From Raillietiella orientalis (lineage: Eukaryota), in the NCBI GenBank assembly GCA_036172245.1, contig JAYWIR010000002.1:1984001-2048000 (forward strand): a stretch of DNA of 64,000 bases. The letters run 5' to 3'. The translations under genes were made by a program, and so were the position numbers. Each line of letters starts with the position of its first letter. Position 1 is the stretch's first letter. Shown here in pieces: positions 26,330 through 39,132 of the stretch. The notes beneath the pieces were generated by a model. That model was not told where the DNA came from and searched no databases. It was given only the letters and a program-made list of their open reading frames with translations.

Positions 26330-28735
26330 GCGGAGTACGAGACGATAATGCTGCGAGTCGAGAAAATTCCTCCCAGAGGCTCCCTACAGACCTTCTCGGG
26401 GCAGAAATCGATCCCGCGCTCTCCGTATGAAAGATGGCAACAGCGCTCCCTTCCGCCACGGAAGGCCCGCCCTGCGGAGGGAAAGGACTGCGGCTTTCTC
26501 GGGGAAGGGAGGGGGTAGGCAATCGTTATCGCTCACCCCCCTGAGAGGAGGAACCGGCAGGCATCTCCAGCGACCACCTAGGAACAAAACTCTCCTCCCG
26601 GCGACGACGACCTCCGTGGGTCGCCGGTCGGGTGCCTGGAGCTGGGTTGGAGACGACTTCCCCCGCAGAGTGGACTGATCCACCGTCCGCGCCAGCAGCT
26701 CACACTGGGACCCCGTGTTTTCGGTCACTGGAAAACAGCGGATCGGCGTTCTAGGTCACGCTCTGCCTGGCTGCGCTCAGCCTCCCATTCCGTCTCCCGA
26801 GGCGACGAGACCTTCGGCGGGCTTTCCCGGAGGCGGCGACGAGCCCTCGGGGACGACTCCTTCCTGCTCCCCGGGAGCGCCTCCGGTGTGATGGAGGTGA
26901 GGGCCGCCTCCCTCCCTTAGCATCCCTCGGCTCCGCTCATGCGCGAAATTCCCTTGGGAATTCTCCCTCCGTGAATTTTCTCGGATCCGCCCAGGGGAAC
27001 CTCCGCCCCTTCTCCTCTTCGAACCGCACCCGCCTTTCGGAAGAGTGGAGGTGGACGGAGAGTCAGAAGCGCGCTGCAGCGATGGAGACACCGGTCCTCC
27101 CCGGGCCCCTCGGTGCTCCTGTCGGACTCTTCCTCCTGCCAACCGGAGTTCCCCGATGCTCGCTCCACTGTCCGCCCCTATTGTCGTTTTCGCTTCTCCT
27201 TTTTGTTTTGGTTTTTGTTTTTTTTTTGGTTTTTGCACGCGTAAGGCAGCGCTTCCTCCGGCCGGAAGGCACCGCCGCAAGTCCCGGCATCCCCGTCGCA
27301 CGCTTCTTCCTGCTCCCGTTGCGCGCCTGCAGCGAAACTGCTCCGGGCGGGGAAGAAGCGGAGCTCCCGCTGGAGGTTTGCCGCGCCCGCATCCGCTTCT
27401 TGGACGTGGAGTGGGCGGGCGCCCTCCAGGCTCTCTTCCGAACTCCTGCAACAACTGCTCGTTCAAGGAAATTCTCGAACGTCCCCGGAAGAGTGAGCGG
27501 GCAGGAAGAACCTCCCTCGCCGCAACGCTGCCCTCTCTGGGGGAGCGTACGGGCAGGAGGAGCCTTCTAGCAAGATGGAAGTTATCCATGGAGATCTCTG
27601 GAGGGAGGAAAGGAAAACTGCGTGGGTGGACGACGGGACAGCTCACGAACGCCGCGACCCCGAGTGCTCCATCCCCCGAGGACTATTTGCTCTGGAACGT
27701 GCTGCTGGGTACTCCGCGGGAAGATCTACAGGGGTCCTCCGTACTCTTGGACACCCGCACCCTCCCATTGAGGTGGCAGGAATCTGCATTGATGCTGCTA
27801 CACTGGGGTCTCCCGTGCCACGCTCGCAGACGTCACTGGACCCGGGCGTGTGTGGACCCGAACTGTGTCAGGTGAGGGGAGCGCGAATCCCTCGTGCACC
27901 TGCTTGTGGACTGTGTTGCCCTCCGATCCCTTTGGGAACTCTTCGCCGCGACCCTAGGAGCACCCGGCGGCAGCGTGTCCCAAACTTTCCCCATGACGGA
28001 ACACATTCACAAAGACTGAACTTTTAGCGGAGCACTTTGGTTATTTATAGGGTAGGTAGATATTCATAATAAATAAACGAAGCAAGCAAATGTTAAAGTT
28101 AAGAAAACAAAGCAAACAATTTGTTCTCAAATTTTAATTATTAAAATTTTCATAATTTTTCACGGAGCAGTTATTGACTTTCCGCGGAACACCTGCGTTC
28201 CACGGGACATAGTTTGGCAAACGCTGCCCTCCGGCAACCACAGGGACGCCGTTAGACCACGCTTCATACGCACCGCCCTTCGGCTGGCAGTCTCGTTAGC
28301 ATCTTTCTGCTGCCCACGGGGGATTGCGGCGTCCTGGAGCGATGCAGGAAGAGGACAAAGCAACAGAGATGCCATCCACTTTGCCGTCCGCTTCATGAGG
28401 ATGGCAACAAGATGGCCCCACCTGGAAATTATGCAGGGAAAACTTGCCAGCATCTTCGGAGGATGCGGAGGACTGTCCCCAGCAGAACGTGATCCCTTTC
28501 CTCCCACCCCTCTCCCCAAGTTTACTTATTTATTTTTATTTTTGTATGTATGTTTTGTACTTTTTTTCCCTTTTTGCTTGCCCATTCCCCCCCTGCTGCC
28601 GAGGCGAACCACACCGGTCTGCGTACCGGCAACCCGGCAGGTTCCTTTAAAAATGAGAGTGGCTGGACCACTGGTCCTACCACGCAGATTGCGAATGTTT
28701 ATTTTTATTAACCCGGCGCACCCGGATGGAAATCC
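26330..28735 (+). mobile_element. Decayed 3' half of the same LINE family, copy B (interrupted by a MITE)
   Basis: LMLLHWGLPCHARRRHWTRACVDPNCVR*GERESLVHLLVDC (zf-RVT-like CCHC). Shares GATGGCCCCAC, CTGCCGAGG.GAACC and CCGGCGCA.CCGG with copy A. Confidence 0.7.
27971..28226. mobile_element. Non-autonomous hAT (Charlie-like) MITE, 256 bp
   Basis: Imperfect TIRs CAGCGTGTCCCAAACT / AGTTTGGCAAACGCTG, degenerate 8-bp TSD CCCGGCGG / CCCTCCGG, AT-rich core and subterminal CGGAACAC twice. Removing it restores colinearity with LINE copy A. Confidence 0.75.
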
Positions 28736-28842
28736 AGGCTCCGAACCATCTCCCTGCCTTGCGCCCACTCATGCCGATGATTCCTGCCGAGATTGTGTAG
28801 CAAAAGGAAAACGTCCAGGTCTTCAGTGCTTTTTCTTTTCTT

Positions 28843-28848
28843 TTTATT
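28843..28848 (-). terminator. Candidate ChAT AATAAA signal (alternative at 28698-28703)
   Basis: TTTATT on the plus strand about 330 nt after the ChAT stop codon. Confidence 0.35.
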
Positions 28849-29175
28849 TTTTTTTAAAACAAAAGTTCAGGCAACAATAGACTTGCGTGAGCGTACATCA
28901 ACAATGTGTAAACATGTTCAACAGGATGCAACTTGCCTGCAGCATCGAAAACTCGCAAATACGTTAACTCCACTATACGTGAGCACACATCAACAATGTA
29001 TACACGCTTTCAACAATGCAAATTTATCTAAGCACTGAAAACTCGTAAACACTCATAACTACAATCGATTCCTAGCCTACGAAACTATGACAGCAACGTG
29101 AGAAGTGCGGAACGGTCATTTCTGGCAACGAGCCACCTGATGAAATCATTGTTGCCATCACCGCTACTTTCCACA

Positions 29176-32100
29176 TTACGCTGTGTCTGGGTCCGCGGAA
29201 AGTAATTCCTTGAGTTCGTCCAGAGTGCCTTGAAGTTGTTTGGAAAAATTGTCGGAGGATGTGAATTCGCAAGACTTGAAGCAGCAAATGGAGAACAGCA
29301 TCCTATTGCCTTTTAGATTATAGCAAACTCCATAGCCGTCTGGCACTACCGGTCCGTAACACATGAACGATTCTCCTGTTGTGGTAACCTGAAAAAGAGA
29401 GAGAGGAGAGAGAGAGGGGGGGGAGGAGGACAAAAAAGACATGCGACCCGGTAAGGGCCATCGCCGAGGAGAAGGGTACGCACCTTGCTTCGCAGGTGGT
29501 TGGAGCAGACGAGAGCGTGCATGGAAACCATGATAAACTGGCAGCTAACCTTTGGCTCGGGGATGAAGTTAAGGAAAAGATATGAGACGGAAAGCCACAG
29601 TACAGGCTGGCAGGATCCTGATCTGGCAGATTCTGTCGCTCTGTCCCATGTCACAGTTGGCAAGAAAGGGAGGAGGCCTGCACCTTTCAATCGATTGCTC
29701 CTCTCATCAGTACGTAGAGAGATGAGTGTTGCTTCTACAGGCTCGTGCCTTATGTCCACAATGTTCTGTCAGTCAGCCCTGAACGGCAGATACTACCAGA
29801 GCCCTTACACCATCTGTTCCTCTTAGATCGAGGACGAATGGAACGGATAGCTGGAGTCTATTAAAGAAGGATGCTCCCGCGCCGGGAACCAAAGTTGCCA
29901 CATCCGCGGTCCACCTCGAGAGCGGAAGGGGAGCTGTGCGGCGTGTTTCCGGCATTCTCTGTCCAAAGGGACAGTTCTCTTCCGAGGTCTCCGTGACGCA
30001 CCCCCAACAGGAGGCGTTCGGCTCCTCCTCCTTGCCTGGTTCACCACGTGAGTCTCGAACGCCACGAAGGAGAATCCAGCACTCCGATCGGGGGTGAAAG
30101 AGGAGGCTCTTCGCTCGATCTCCGCATCCGGCGTCCCTCGTGGGCGTCCGCTTCTGCCGCGGCCCTCCCCGGGTGCACTGCTGCCACGGCGAGCTCAACT
30201 CTGCTACGGCCCTCTTCGGAAGATCGAGGCACTGGAAAGACGCAGGCAGCGGCTCCTCTCACGGAAGCTGCGCTGCCGACGCCTGCGTCTCCCCTCGGAA
30301 GTGAGCGCGGCAGCAGCAAGCGGCAGCCTTCGTACTTTTTGCGGTCCAGAGGAACTCTCCTGCCGTGTTTTCCCGTGCTGCTCGTCATCCGTGAAATCGA
30401 AACCCCGCGTCCCGTGTAGCAGCAGCAGCGTGTGTCCTGTTACACCCGGGAATACTTGTCACGGGGATGCTCGTCCGTTTAATTCAATCGATGGGTCCCC
30501 CTGATCAGCTTTCTGCGATGCGTGAGGGCACTGTTTTCTTACGCGGAGCAGCTCCCTCCGTCCGATCCGACGAGAAGGGCTCCAGGGAAGGACGGGATGG
30601 AGGAAACGTGCCGACCGCTCCCCTTTAGTCTCCCTCCTTTGCTCCCGGCCAGGATCCGCCCCGGTCTGGGCCGTGTGCTCGGAAACCGAAGGAATGACAA
30701 CTAGCTGCTACCACCACCGCGGCTCTTTTCTTTCCGGCTCGGAATTCCTCCCTGCGTGTCTCTTCCTCTTCTGTGCGACAAGAGGAGGAAGGGCTCATTC
30801 GGGCTTCGCCCGCTGATGGTGTCGCGAAGAAAGCTTCGAGGAATCGAGGACAGAGAAGAGGAGGAAGAGGACCCAAGGAAACCGGGAGGAACGAGAATGT
30901 GTGTGTGTCGAGGGTGGGGGAGAGATGGGAAAGGGAAAGGGAACGTCTTCCTGCTTCGACAGCAGCTTCCGTAGAAGAGAGCTGGTGTGTCTCCCTGCCC
31001 GGCACGTCCCCTCTCCCTGCGCCCGCTCTTCAAAGAGGCCAACGGGGCGCGCCCTGCATTCGGCGGAGGAACAACAGTCCGAGGAAGATGCCAAGCAGAC
31101 CGCCCCTTTTCTCTTCCCCTTCGGGACGCTCCGCTTCTCCCGGAAGACTGGGCTACGCGTCCCCCGCGTTTCCCTATGCGAGTGAAGTGCCCCCCCCTCG
31201 CGGAGTGTCTGCAGCGGTGTCGACTGTCCAGCGCGACACGGGCGGTCGTCCACATTCGTCGCCGCCCTTAGATTGAGGGTCTCCGGATGAGAATGGAGGA
31301 GGTGCGGGATGGAAGGAGAGGAACAGTAGCCGGAGGAGGAAGGAGGCGGCCACCCACTGTGGCTCTCCGGCTCTGGAAGCGATGCCCGCACCGAGCCACC
31401 GTGCGCCTTCGTGGTCCTCTAGGTAACGCCGCCGCCGCCGCCGCCGCCGCGGCTGCTCTTCCCTCCCTGCCCTTGGGTCGGCGGGGACTGTTTCCTCGTG
31501 TGTGCCGCCGCCGCCGAAAGAGGATGCGCGGTCGCGGACGCGAATGCTGCCGGGAGGACGGGGAGAGGAAGGGGGAGGGATGGCGCGGCGGTGCCGCTTT
31601 GGATCTCTTCGACAAGGGTCAAGCAAGGGGTGCCGCAGCGTACCTGCGACGTCGACAGCCTGAAGCGGTTCACGAGCTGAAAGCTTGCGTCCCGGAACAC
31701 CTCCGGGGTCTGCTCGCCGAGGCACTTCGCAGCCTCCCTGAGCCCCAGCAGGTGGATGTCGATTCCCTGGCCGCTGATGTTTTCGTTCATGATCTCCTCC
31801 TGCTTACTCATGGCCTCCCGGAGCAGCACCAGCTTCTCGCGGGTCTGGCAGGATGGAGGGGACGGCGTCGGGGGGTGAGGGGTCTCCTGGGGAGCCCTAC
31901 TCACCGGCGTTCCCTCGTCGCACATGGCAACGACGAACCTGCGAGACTCGTCGGTGGTAGACCGGATGCAGTCCACCCTCCCCAGCCGGAAGCGCCTCGT
32001 GGACGCGCTCTCGTAGGTGGGGACGAGCTCCTGGTGCAGCCTGGAACCCCGGCGTTTTCTCTCTCCTCTCTTCCCGAAAAACGCTCCGGATCCTCGCCCG

Positions 32101-35100
32101 CACACGTCCCTATATTTCGTCCTGGGAAATCCGAACCGCTCTCGGCAATGCGCGCCGGTGCTCGCCCTGTTCCGCTAGAGGGGGAAGGATATGGGAGGAA
32201 CGGGGACGGTGGAAGGGAGAGAAGGAGCAGGAGTCTGGATGCTGTGCTCCTCCCCGGACCTGCCTTTTCCCGAGCCTCCTGAACGCAGAGGGAGGGAGGT
32301 TCCGCGAGGATGGAGACGCCGACCGCGGTGGGCTCGCCGAGAGCTCAGAAAAATCCTCTTCCTCCTCCTTCACCCCCCCCCTTCCGCTCTCCCTCATGCT
32401 ATGTGGAATGGCACCCCGCGACCACCAGAGCGTGATTCGTCCGGAGAGACGCCTCTGGCGCGGGCAACGTGGAAGCCAGCTGCAGGCGGTAGATGCGCGG
32501 GCTCCTACGGTCGCATCGCCACCCTGCGTCGGTGGCGCCCTGTGCGACGTGCTGCACCTTTGGCGTGTCTCCTGAGCTTTCGCATCCGCGCACCTCGGCA
32601 CTGGAAAATGACGCGGCGCGCGCTGGCGAGACACCCCCGCGATGCCTCTGGAATTCACGTCAGTCGGGGGAAGGGGTAGGGGGCACATCGCCGCAAGTTC
32701 CTGGCTCCCTTCCCGTGGACTCCACCCAGGAAAGAAGCAAAAGAGGAGGAGGAGGAAAAGGAGACCTGGAAGACTGCAGGTGACTGAAGGAAACGCTGAA
32801 GGTTTCGCGGATTCTTCAGCACTTTGGATGCTCGTCTGCCTGCTCGCCAGCTCTGTACCGTGATGCAATGAGCCATGTCGGTTTCCAGGTCCCGTAGCGA
32901 TGCGTACTTACTCGAACGATGGTGATCCGTACTGCTTCTATGCATGATATGTACATGTCTTGCAATAGAAGCACGAAGCTGAACGCGAAATCAAAAGATC
33001 CGCGGGCCCACGGCTAGGCTGAGCTCTCCCTCACACGTGTCTCTCGCGCAGCATTGTTGAACCCCCCCTCCCCCCTTCCCTTCCAGCGTATTTTTAAATC
33101 GCAAGAGGAAAGGGTCCTCCTTACGTGGCAGTTGTCGCTATGGAAACGAACGGCGAAGTTCTGTCAAGTGGATTTTCCGATGGGTTGTAACGCACGTTTC
33201 TGCTCTCTGTTCCCAGCATCCCTCTTGACGATTTCATCTCGGGAGCTCAGAAGGACCAAACCGAATTTTAAGAAGGCCCTTACGTTGTTGCTTCCTCCTC
33301 TTCACTGATTGACTTAGTCCGCTTCCGGAGGCTTCATTTCCGTCACGGCGTGTCTGAGAGTGTGGTCAGCCGCAGGAAACAAAGGTGCGGGAAAGAGTCA
33401 TCCCGATTCGGTGATGCAGCATCAGTTGGCCGTCTTGCCTTCTCAAGCTTTTTTTTTTTTTTCTCTTGTTTTCTTTTTCCCGTGTCTCCGTTCCGGAGGA
33501 TGCCTCCTCCTCCCTCGCGGCCTCTTCGATTCTTTTCGGTCGGACGATCCTTCTTGGATTCCGTGACCACGTCTCAAGAAAATGAAATTCCCGAGACCAA
33601 GACGCGGATGTGGGAAAGCATCCGTACGAGGTTTCAGGCAGTGGCGTCGTCACGAGAAACCAGAGGGGGCGGACAGAAGCGAGTGGATCCGGGGAGATGG
33701 AGAGGGGGGGGGGGGGGGAGGCTCTCCTGTGTCCTGACTCCCGGGTCGGGTGCGAGGTGCGAGTTCCCTGCACCGCGATCCTCCCCGCGAGTTCGTATGC
33801 GGAGGGAGGAAGGGATGACAAGGAACGCGGAGAGAACGCAGCCAGCCACCCCCAGCGTCCGTCTTCCCCAGGAAAGATGGTAGAGACACTCTTCGGAGGG
33901 CTGCTGCGGATACGCCCACCCCGCGAGAAGGGAGGGGAGGAATTCCGAGTGCACGTCCTTTTTTTTTTTTTTCCATTTTTCCTCCTCTCCCTCCGTGATG
34001 CCAGCCAGCGTGCTCAAGGGATGAGGGGGAAGGAAAAAAAGGAGGCCCGCTTCCTCTTCCCAGGATCGAAGCCTTCCGAATCCTCCCACAATGCGTCTTC
34101 CCGTCGGGACGTGGGGTCGCGCCTGCGCAGGAGGAGAAAGGAGAAAGAACAGGAGGGAAACGTGCATGTTTGCGGGGAGGGAAAAGAAGGCCGGATGTTC
34201 TGCAAGCGCGACCAGTCAGCGCAGGCGCGCAGCCTCCCCACTCCCTTTTTTGGGGGGGGTTCGCTGCAGCAAAAGAAAGCGCGCGATCGTTTCGCGCAGG
34301 AGCGCGTGGAGCGTCCGAGTCGGTCGGAGCTTCTTGGCGGAAGATCCGCCTCCCTTGTCCGTGCCCGGACTTCGGGTCGCAAAAAACTCTCCAGAATCCC
34401 TCCTATCCTCCCTCCCCTTCCCCTCTCCCTCCCTCTCTTCCACCCCGAGCACGGCGCCCCGGTCATCATCCGCGCCGGCGTCTCGCGCGCTCGGGAGTCT
34501 CGGGAGGTGAGCAGGCAGGCGGGGTGACCGTGGCAACGGGGCGGAGCGCTGCACTCTCCTCTCCCTGTGCTGCCGTTGCGAGACATGGATGCCGCCTGGA
34601 GGGCATGTGCTCCCCCCCACCCGCCAGTCCGAAGCAGGAAGGGGAGCACGGGGTGTACCGGTGTCTTCGCGCGCCGCCCTCCCGCCCCATCTCGCCTTCC
34701 TTTCCCGGAGGCTCACCTGTAGTGGGCAAGCTGCAGGGCGAGCTGTACGAACGCGTCCGGGCTGCAGCGACTACCCTTGACGAACTCCTTCCCGTACCCG
34801 CCGTAGCGGAGGACGCACAGGTCCACGTCCTCGCAGACCCTGGCAATACAAAAGAAGAGACTTTCGCGCGAAGGTGCCGCAGGGGGAACCCCCCTTTTTG
34901 CAAGAAGTTCCCCCCTCCCCGCTCCTCCCGCGTTCCATATGGGATCGTGAGCGTCGCCGACATGCAGCTGCTCCTCCCTGAGGAGGGCGTACCTCCCGGC
35001 TGGTAGTTCTCCTGCCCATGAAGGTCGAGGGAGGCAGCGGAGGGCACTGCCGCCGGATACCTTCCAGGCCCCCGCGTGGCTGCCTCACTCTTCGCCGCCC

Positions 35101-38100
35101 AGCCCTTTCGTGTGGGGTCCGGTGAGGTTACCTGGCCCTTCCCTCCTCCTCCTCCTCCTCCTTTGAATCCTTTTCGGCGTCGAGGGTCCGTCCCCTTCCC
35201 CGGAACAACCTCTCCAGGGGACGCACGGGAGCGGAGCAGGAGGAGGAGCGGGCGAAAGCTCTGGCCTCCTGCTGCCCCCAGAGTCTGGGGCCTACCGGGC
35301 TGCGGGAAAACCCGCGCTCGCTTCGGGCATACGCGGGGCCGAGGAGGGGTAAGGGACGGGGGTTGAACCCCAGCGCAGGATCCCCGGGGTGTCTGCGTGC
35401 GTGTGCGCGCGTTTGCTGCTCCGCGACGGAGGCGGGGCGTTGCGAGGCAACGGCAGGGTGGGGTGGAGTGGGGGATGGACGTTCCCTAAGGACGCCCTCC
35501 TCCGCTCACGGAACACCTCCTCCGTCTCCAGGCAGGCGCGCAAACGCCCTCCGCAGCCGCAGTCCTTCCCCTCCGCAGGGCGGGCCTTCCGTGGAGGAAG
35601 GGGAGCGCCGCCGCCATCTTTCATCCGGAGAGCGCGGAATTGATTTCTGCCGGGAAGGACTTCAGGGAGCTCCTGGAAGAAAGTTCCTCGACTCGCAGTA
35701 TCGATGGGTCTTTCGGGACGAAGAGGGAGGCCCTGGTACACGAGCTGCTTCCTTCCCTTCATTCCCGGCCGTACCTCCCCTCCTCCCGAAATCCCACCTC
35801 CTTGCTCACCCGGATCCTCCCCAAATCCAGCTCCATCCCCATTTAACCCTCATCCTTGCTTCTCCTTGATCTCCGTTCACACCCCTCGCTCACCCTCTCT
35901 CTTACTCCCCCACTCCTCTCCTTACTCTCACCTCCATCCTCACCCCTTTCCCATCCTCTGGACTCCGAGAATCCTTCCGTTGACCTCAGCTTTACCTCAC
36001 CGCCCTCTTGCTCCCTTTCTCACCTACTGCCCCCACCTCACTTTCATTCTCCCCCCATCTGACCCTCATCTTTACCCTCACCCATCCTCTGGTTTCAGGG
36101 AGCCCGCTCTGTATAGCAAGGGAGGCTCACGAGAGGGCGTGACGGGAACACAGGTCCATTCTCCCGTGGACATCCAGGATTTCCCCCCTCTTCCTCTCTG
36201 CAAAGCCTCGTCTCGATACCCCTTTCCCGTCCACCTTTTCCCGAAGGGCGAAAAGGCGCGTCGGTTGGTGCGTACCTCTCCAGGTTGTCTCCCGCGCTGT
36301 TGATGCGCTCCAACAGCTCGTCGTCCACATTCCAGTGGAGTCTCTCGACGGCGGGAGAGCCGGCGCAGTCCAGAGACTCGCCGTCCCGCGAATCGGCGCC
36401 CACGCCGCTGGAGAGGATCTTCTCCATCATCTGCACCACCACGACCCCTTCGGCAGGGGAGTGCTCGTAGCAGAGGCTGCATGCGCCGTCGTCTGCCAGA
36501 ATCACCTACAAGACGCGCGGGAGCCGCTTCCTCGTCTCCCCTTACTCCTGAGAGCCACCGGGAGGAGGAGAAGGAGGGAGGGAGGAGGAAGAAGAAAGGG
36601 GAGGAAGAGGAAGAAGGGAGGAGGAAGAGGAAGGGGTCTTGAGATTGGCCCGGCAGTCACGTCGTCAAAGAAGTGCTAAAGGGAGGCACGCGGGTGCACT
36701 CAGCTTTCAAAGAGATCCAGGCGGAAGAGAAGCGTGTAGGGGGAAGAGGTTCGGTTCCGCCACACTCCCTCATCGGGGGGGGGGGGGGGGAGATGAAGAC
36801 ACGGAGGAACAATTCGCTACTTCGAGAGGAGGATGCAACGCAAGAGTCGGTGCCTGTAAATGCTCGAGGGCGGCAGGCAGACCGACCTGTCCTCACCCGA
36901 CCGCCGAACGGTGGCATGCTCGCCGCCGCTGCCGGGGGAGGGCTTCAGGGTCTCCGTGGCAACCCGGTGCGCGGCGGTCCGCACGGCTGCCCTACCGCGC
37001 TCCCTCCTCTTCCTCCTCCTCGTGTCTTCATCATGATCCAGGATCGAGTGAAGGAGCTCTCCTTCCTTCCCTCTGCCCCGCCTTCAGGATGCCCTCCTGC
37101 AGCCCACCTGGATAGTCTTGTCGTACCACCGGTTGCCTCCGTTCCGCCGCGTTCCGCCTCCGTGCAGCGCCTGCAGCGCCCTCTCGATGTCGTCGCCGGC
37201 TCCACCACCCCCAGCACTCTCGTCCAGGCACACCAGGAAGAGACTGCTCTCGATGTCTTCCAAGGACGCCTTGTTGTCTGGATCTGCGGGGTGTCACGCG
37301 CGGGAAGGCTGGATTACAACTCCCGGGAGGGGCGAGAGGGAGCACGCGTTGCCCCCCGCCGCGACCCTCTTGACCCGGCTCCGAGCTCTTCTCTCTCGGT
37401 CCTGCATCTCCCGGACGGAAATCTTCCGATATCGCGACGTCCGGCGAGGTCGCCGAGAGCCTCCTCCTCCGAGAAGGGCAGTGGCAGAGCGGGAGAGGGC
37501 CACGACCTCTTCCCGCTTCCCTCCTCCTTCTCAGGGCTCCGTTTCCAGTGCGCGGACCGGAAGCTCTCTCCCTCGAGTCCCCGGGAGCCAGGAGGGGAGA
37601 AAGAGGGGAAGCAGGGGTGCTGCCCGCAGGCCCTTCCCTTCCCCACTCCTGCGCACTCACCGCTCAGGAGCATTCCGCGGGCGCGGGCCCACAGGTCCCT
37701 CCTCTCTGTGGTCAGCAGCCCCACGCTGGGATATGGCGCCTCCCGGCCCGCCCTTCGCTTCACCTCCTCCAGCATGGAAGCCACCTGCTTTTCGCCCACG
37801 GCCCTCCCGCCGACCCTCAGCGGCACCTTGAAGAACTGAAAGCATGCGGGCGTGAGGGCGGGCTCCGGGATGAAGGGAAGGGAGGGAGGGAAAGGGGGAG
37901 TTTTCCTCCTTTCCCTCACTCCTGCAGGCCGGAGGGGGCGTTTCTGGCCCCTGTGGTTTCTCTGGCTAAGGGTCGGGGGCCTGCCTGGTTCCTGCGTCCC
38001 ACGATGATGTGGTCCCCCGGAGTCTCTCCCTCCTCTAGGTGGTCCCGGTCGTCTCCCGGAATCCTGCAGGTTACGAACAGCCGTCGGTACTGTTCCATGC

Positions 38101-38658
38101 AGAGGGGCTGGCGCCCCCCCCGACCGGTCGAGTGCTCCTGTGGGAGCGCGTCGCTGCAACGAGAGGGGTTCTCGCTCGGAGTCCTCCACCTCCGCCCCAC
38201 TCCGGGCGGGGCGGGGCGGCAATGGTCGCCCACCTCTGGATGCTCTCCTGGAAGGAGAGGAGTCTGCGAATCATGGCGGCCGCCCAAGACGCGGCGGTGG
38301 GGCCGGCGCGGGACTCCAGGACCATCCCCGGGCTGGAGTGGACGGGCAGGGATGCCCGGTTTCTCAGGTACATGTCTTCCAGCCACCACTCGTACGCCTG
38401 GGAACGAGGTTGAGGCGGGGCCGGCAGGCAGGGCTCACCCACCCAGTTCTCCTCCTGCTCCTGCCTGCGGCGCAGGAATGCCTGCAGGCGTTCACCGCAG
38501 GCCCCCGGCCGCAGGAACGCCTCCGTCAGGCGGCGCGTCTCCTCGTAGCCCGCGGGGTCCACCAGCGTCCTGACCACCTCCAGGTAGCGGCCCATCGTCC
38601 TGCCCAGGTCGGGGATGGGTAGCTTGGGCGGAGCCGGCGCCGGCGGGGCAGGCGGCAT
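29176..38658 (-). CDS. ChAT: Choline O-acetyltransferase, core exons (600 aa from ATG 38658; probably N-terminally extended)
   Basis: Phase-consistent exons: 38658-38443, 38397-38234, 38153-37985 (GC donor), 37835-37661, 37283-37108, 36505-36276, 34839-34717, 32040-31905, 31844-31644, 29388-29176 (TAA). Motifs PKLPIPDL, ENW/AYEWWLEDMYL, LPVHSSPG, PLCMEQY, NRWYDKTIQ, catalytic YEHSPAEG (His codon 36463-36461), SPDAFVQLALQLA, TYESASTRRFRLGRVDCIR, LSTSQ and CYGPVVPDGYG. VDC (rather than carnitine-type TET) and linkage to VAChT indicate ChAT rather than a carnitine acyltransferase. Confidence 0.95.
34860..35715 (-). mobile_element. Inverted fragment of the same LINE family inside a ChAT intron
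   Basis: 35560-35710 is a close reverse-complement match to 26345-26495 (ATGAAAGATGGC, CCACGGAAGGCCCGCCCTGCGGAGGG..AAGGACTGCGGC). Weaker similarity to 27290-27600 continues toward 34860. Confidence 0.65.
35835..36090. repeat. C/T-rich low-complexity tract (CTCACC/CCTCAT-like units) in a ChAT intron
   Basis: About 250 nt almost devoid of G on the plus strand. Confidence 0.6.
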
Positions 38659-39107
38659 CTCCGCCTCCTCCCTTCCTTCCTTCCTTCCCGCCTCGGGGCC
38701 TGGCGGCGGCAGACAGACGGGCGTTGCTCGCTCGCTGGACGAAGGCGGCGCTGCTTCCCCCCTTCCCTTCTTTCCTCCCCACCGCCCTTTTCGCGCTGCT
38801 GCTGCTTTGAGCACCTCCCCTCTCCCCCACGTCCTCCCTGAGGTTCTTCGCCTCCTTAGCCACGCTGGAGACGCCGTCCCTTCCAGCAGGGAAACGTCCG
38901 CCGAGTGCTCCGCCTCAGCTGCGACCTCTGGGTCGAGCACCCTCCTCCGGAAACAAGGAGACGTCCGGGAACTGCTGGGGGAAAAGGCACGTACGGACGC
39001 CCTGCCACCAGCAGACGGTGCTCGGTTTGGCGGTGGGACGCTCGCGGTTTGCCGGTGGGTGTTCTTTGCCGTGGCCACGCGATTGTTTGCAAGGGCCTAG
39101 GCTTTAC

Positions 39108-39132
39108 TTTTGTTCAAGTGCACCGGCCGATG
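39108..39132 (-). CDS. ChAT: Putative 25-nt ChAT microexon (HRPVHLNK + 1 nt)
   Basis: Strong acceptor (long T-rich tract ending TTTTTACAG, AG at 39134-39133) and donor AAA|GTAAAG at 39107. Phase 0 in and phase 1 out, matching a phase-1 acceptor (GCCGCCAG, exon start 38699) in the ChAT frame. Confidence 0.5.

Noticed and set aside
36673-38573. Long plus-strand ORFs opposite ChAT exons (and similar ORFs opposite VAChT)
   Set aside because: Antisense shadows of GC-rich coding sequence.
38700-39099. Stop-codon readthrough at TAG 39099-39097 into the open ChAT frame
   Set aside because: The TAG-G context is not a typical readthrough signal, and the microexon model explains the acceptor more simply.
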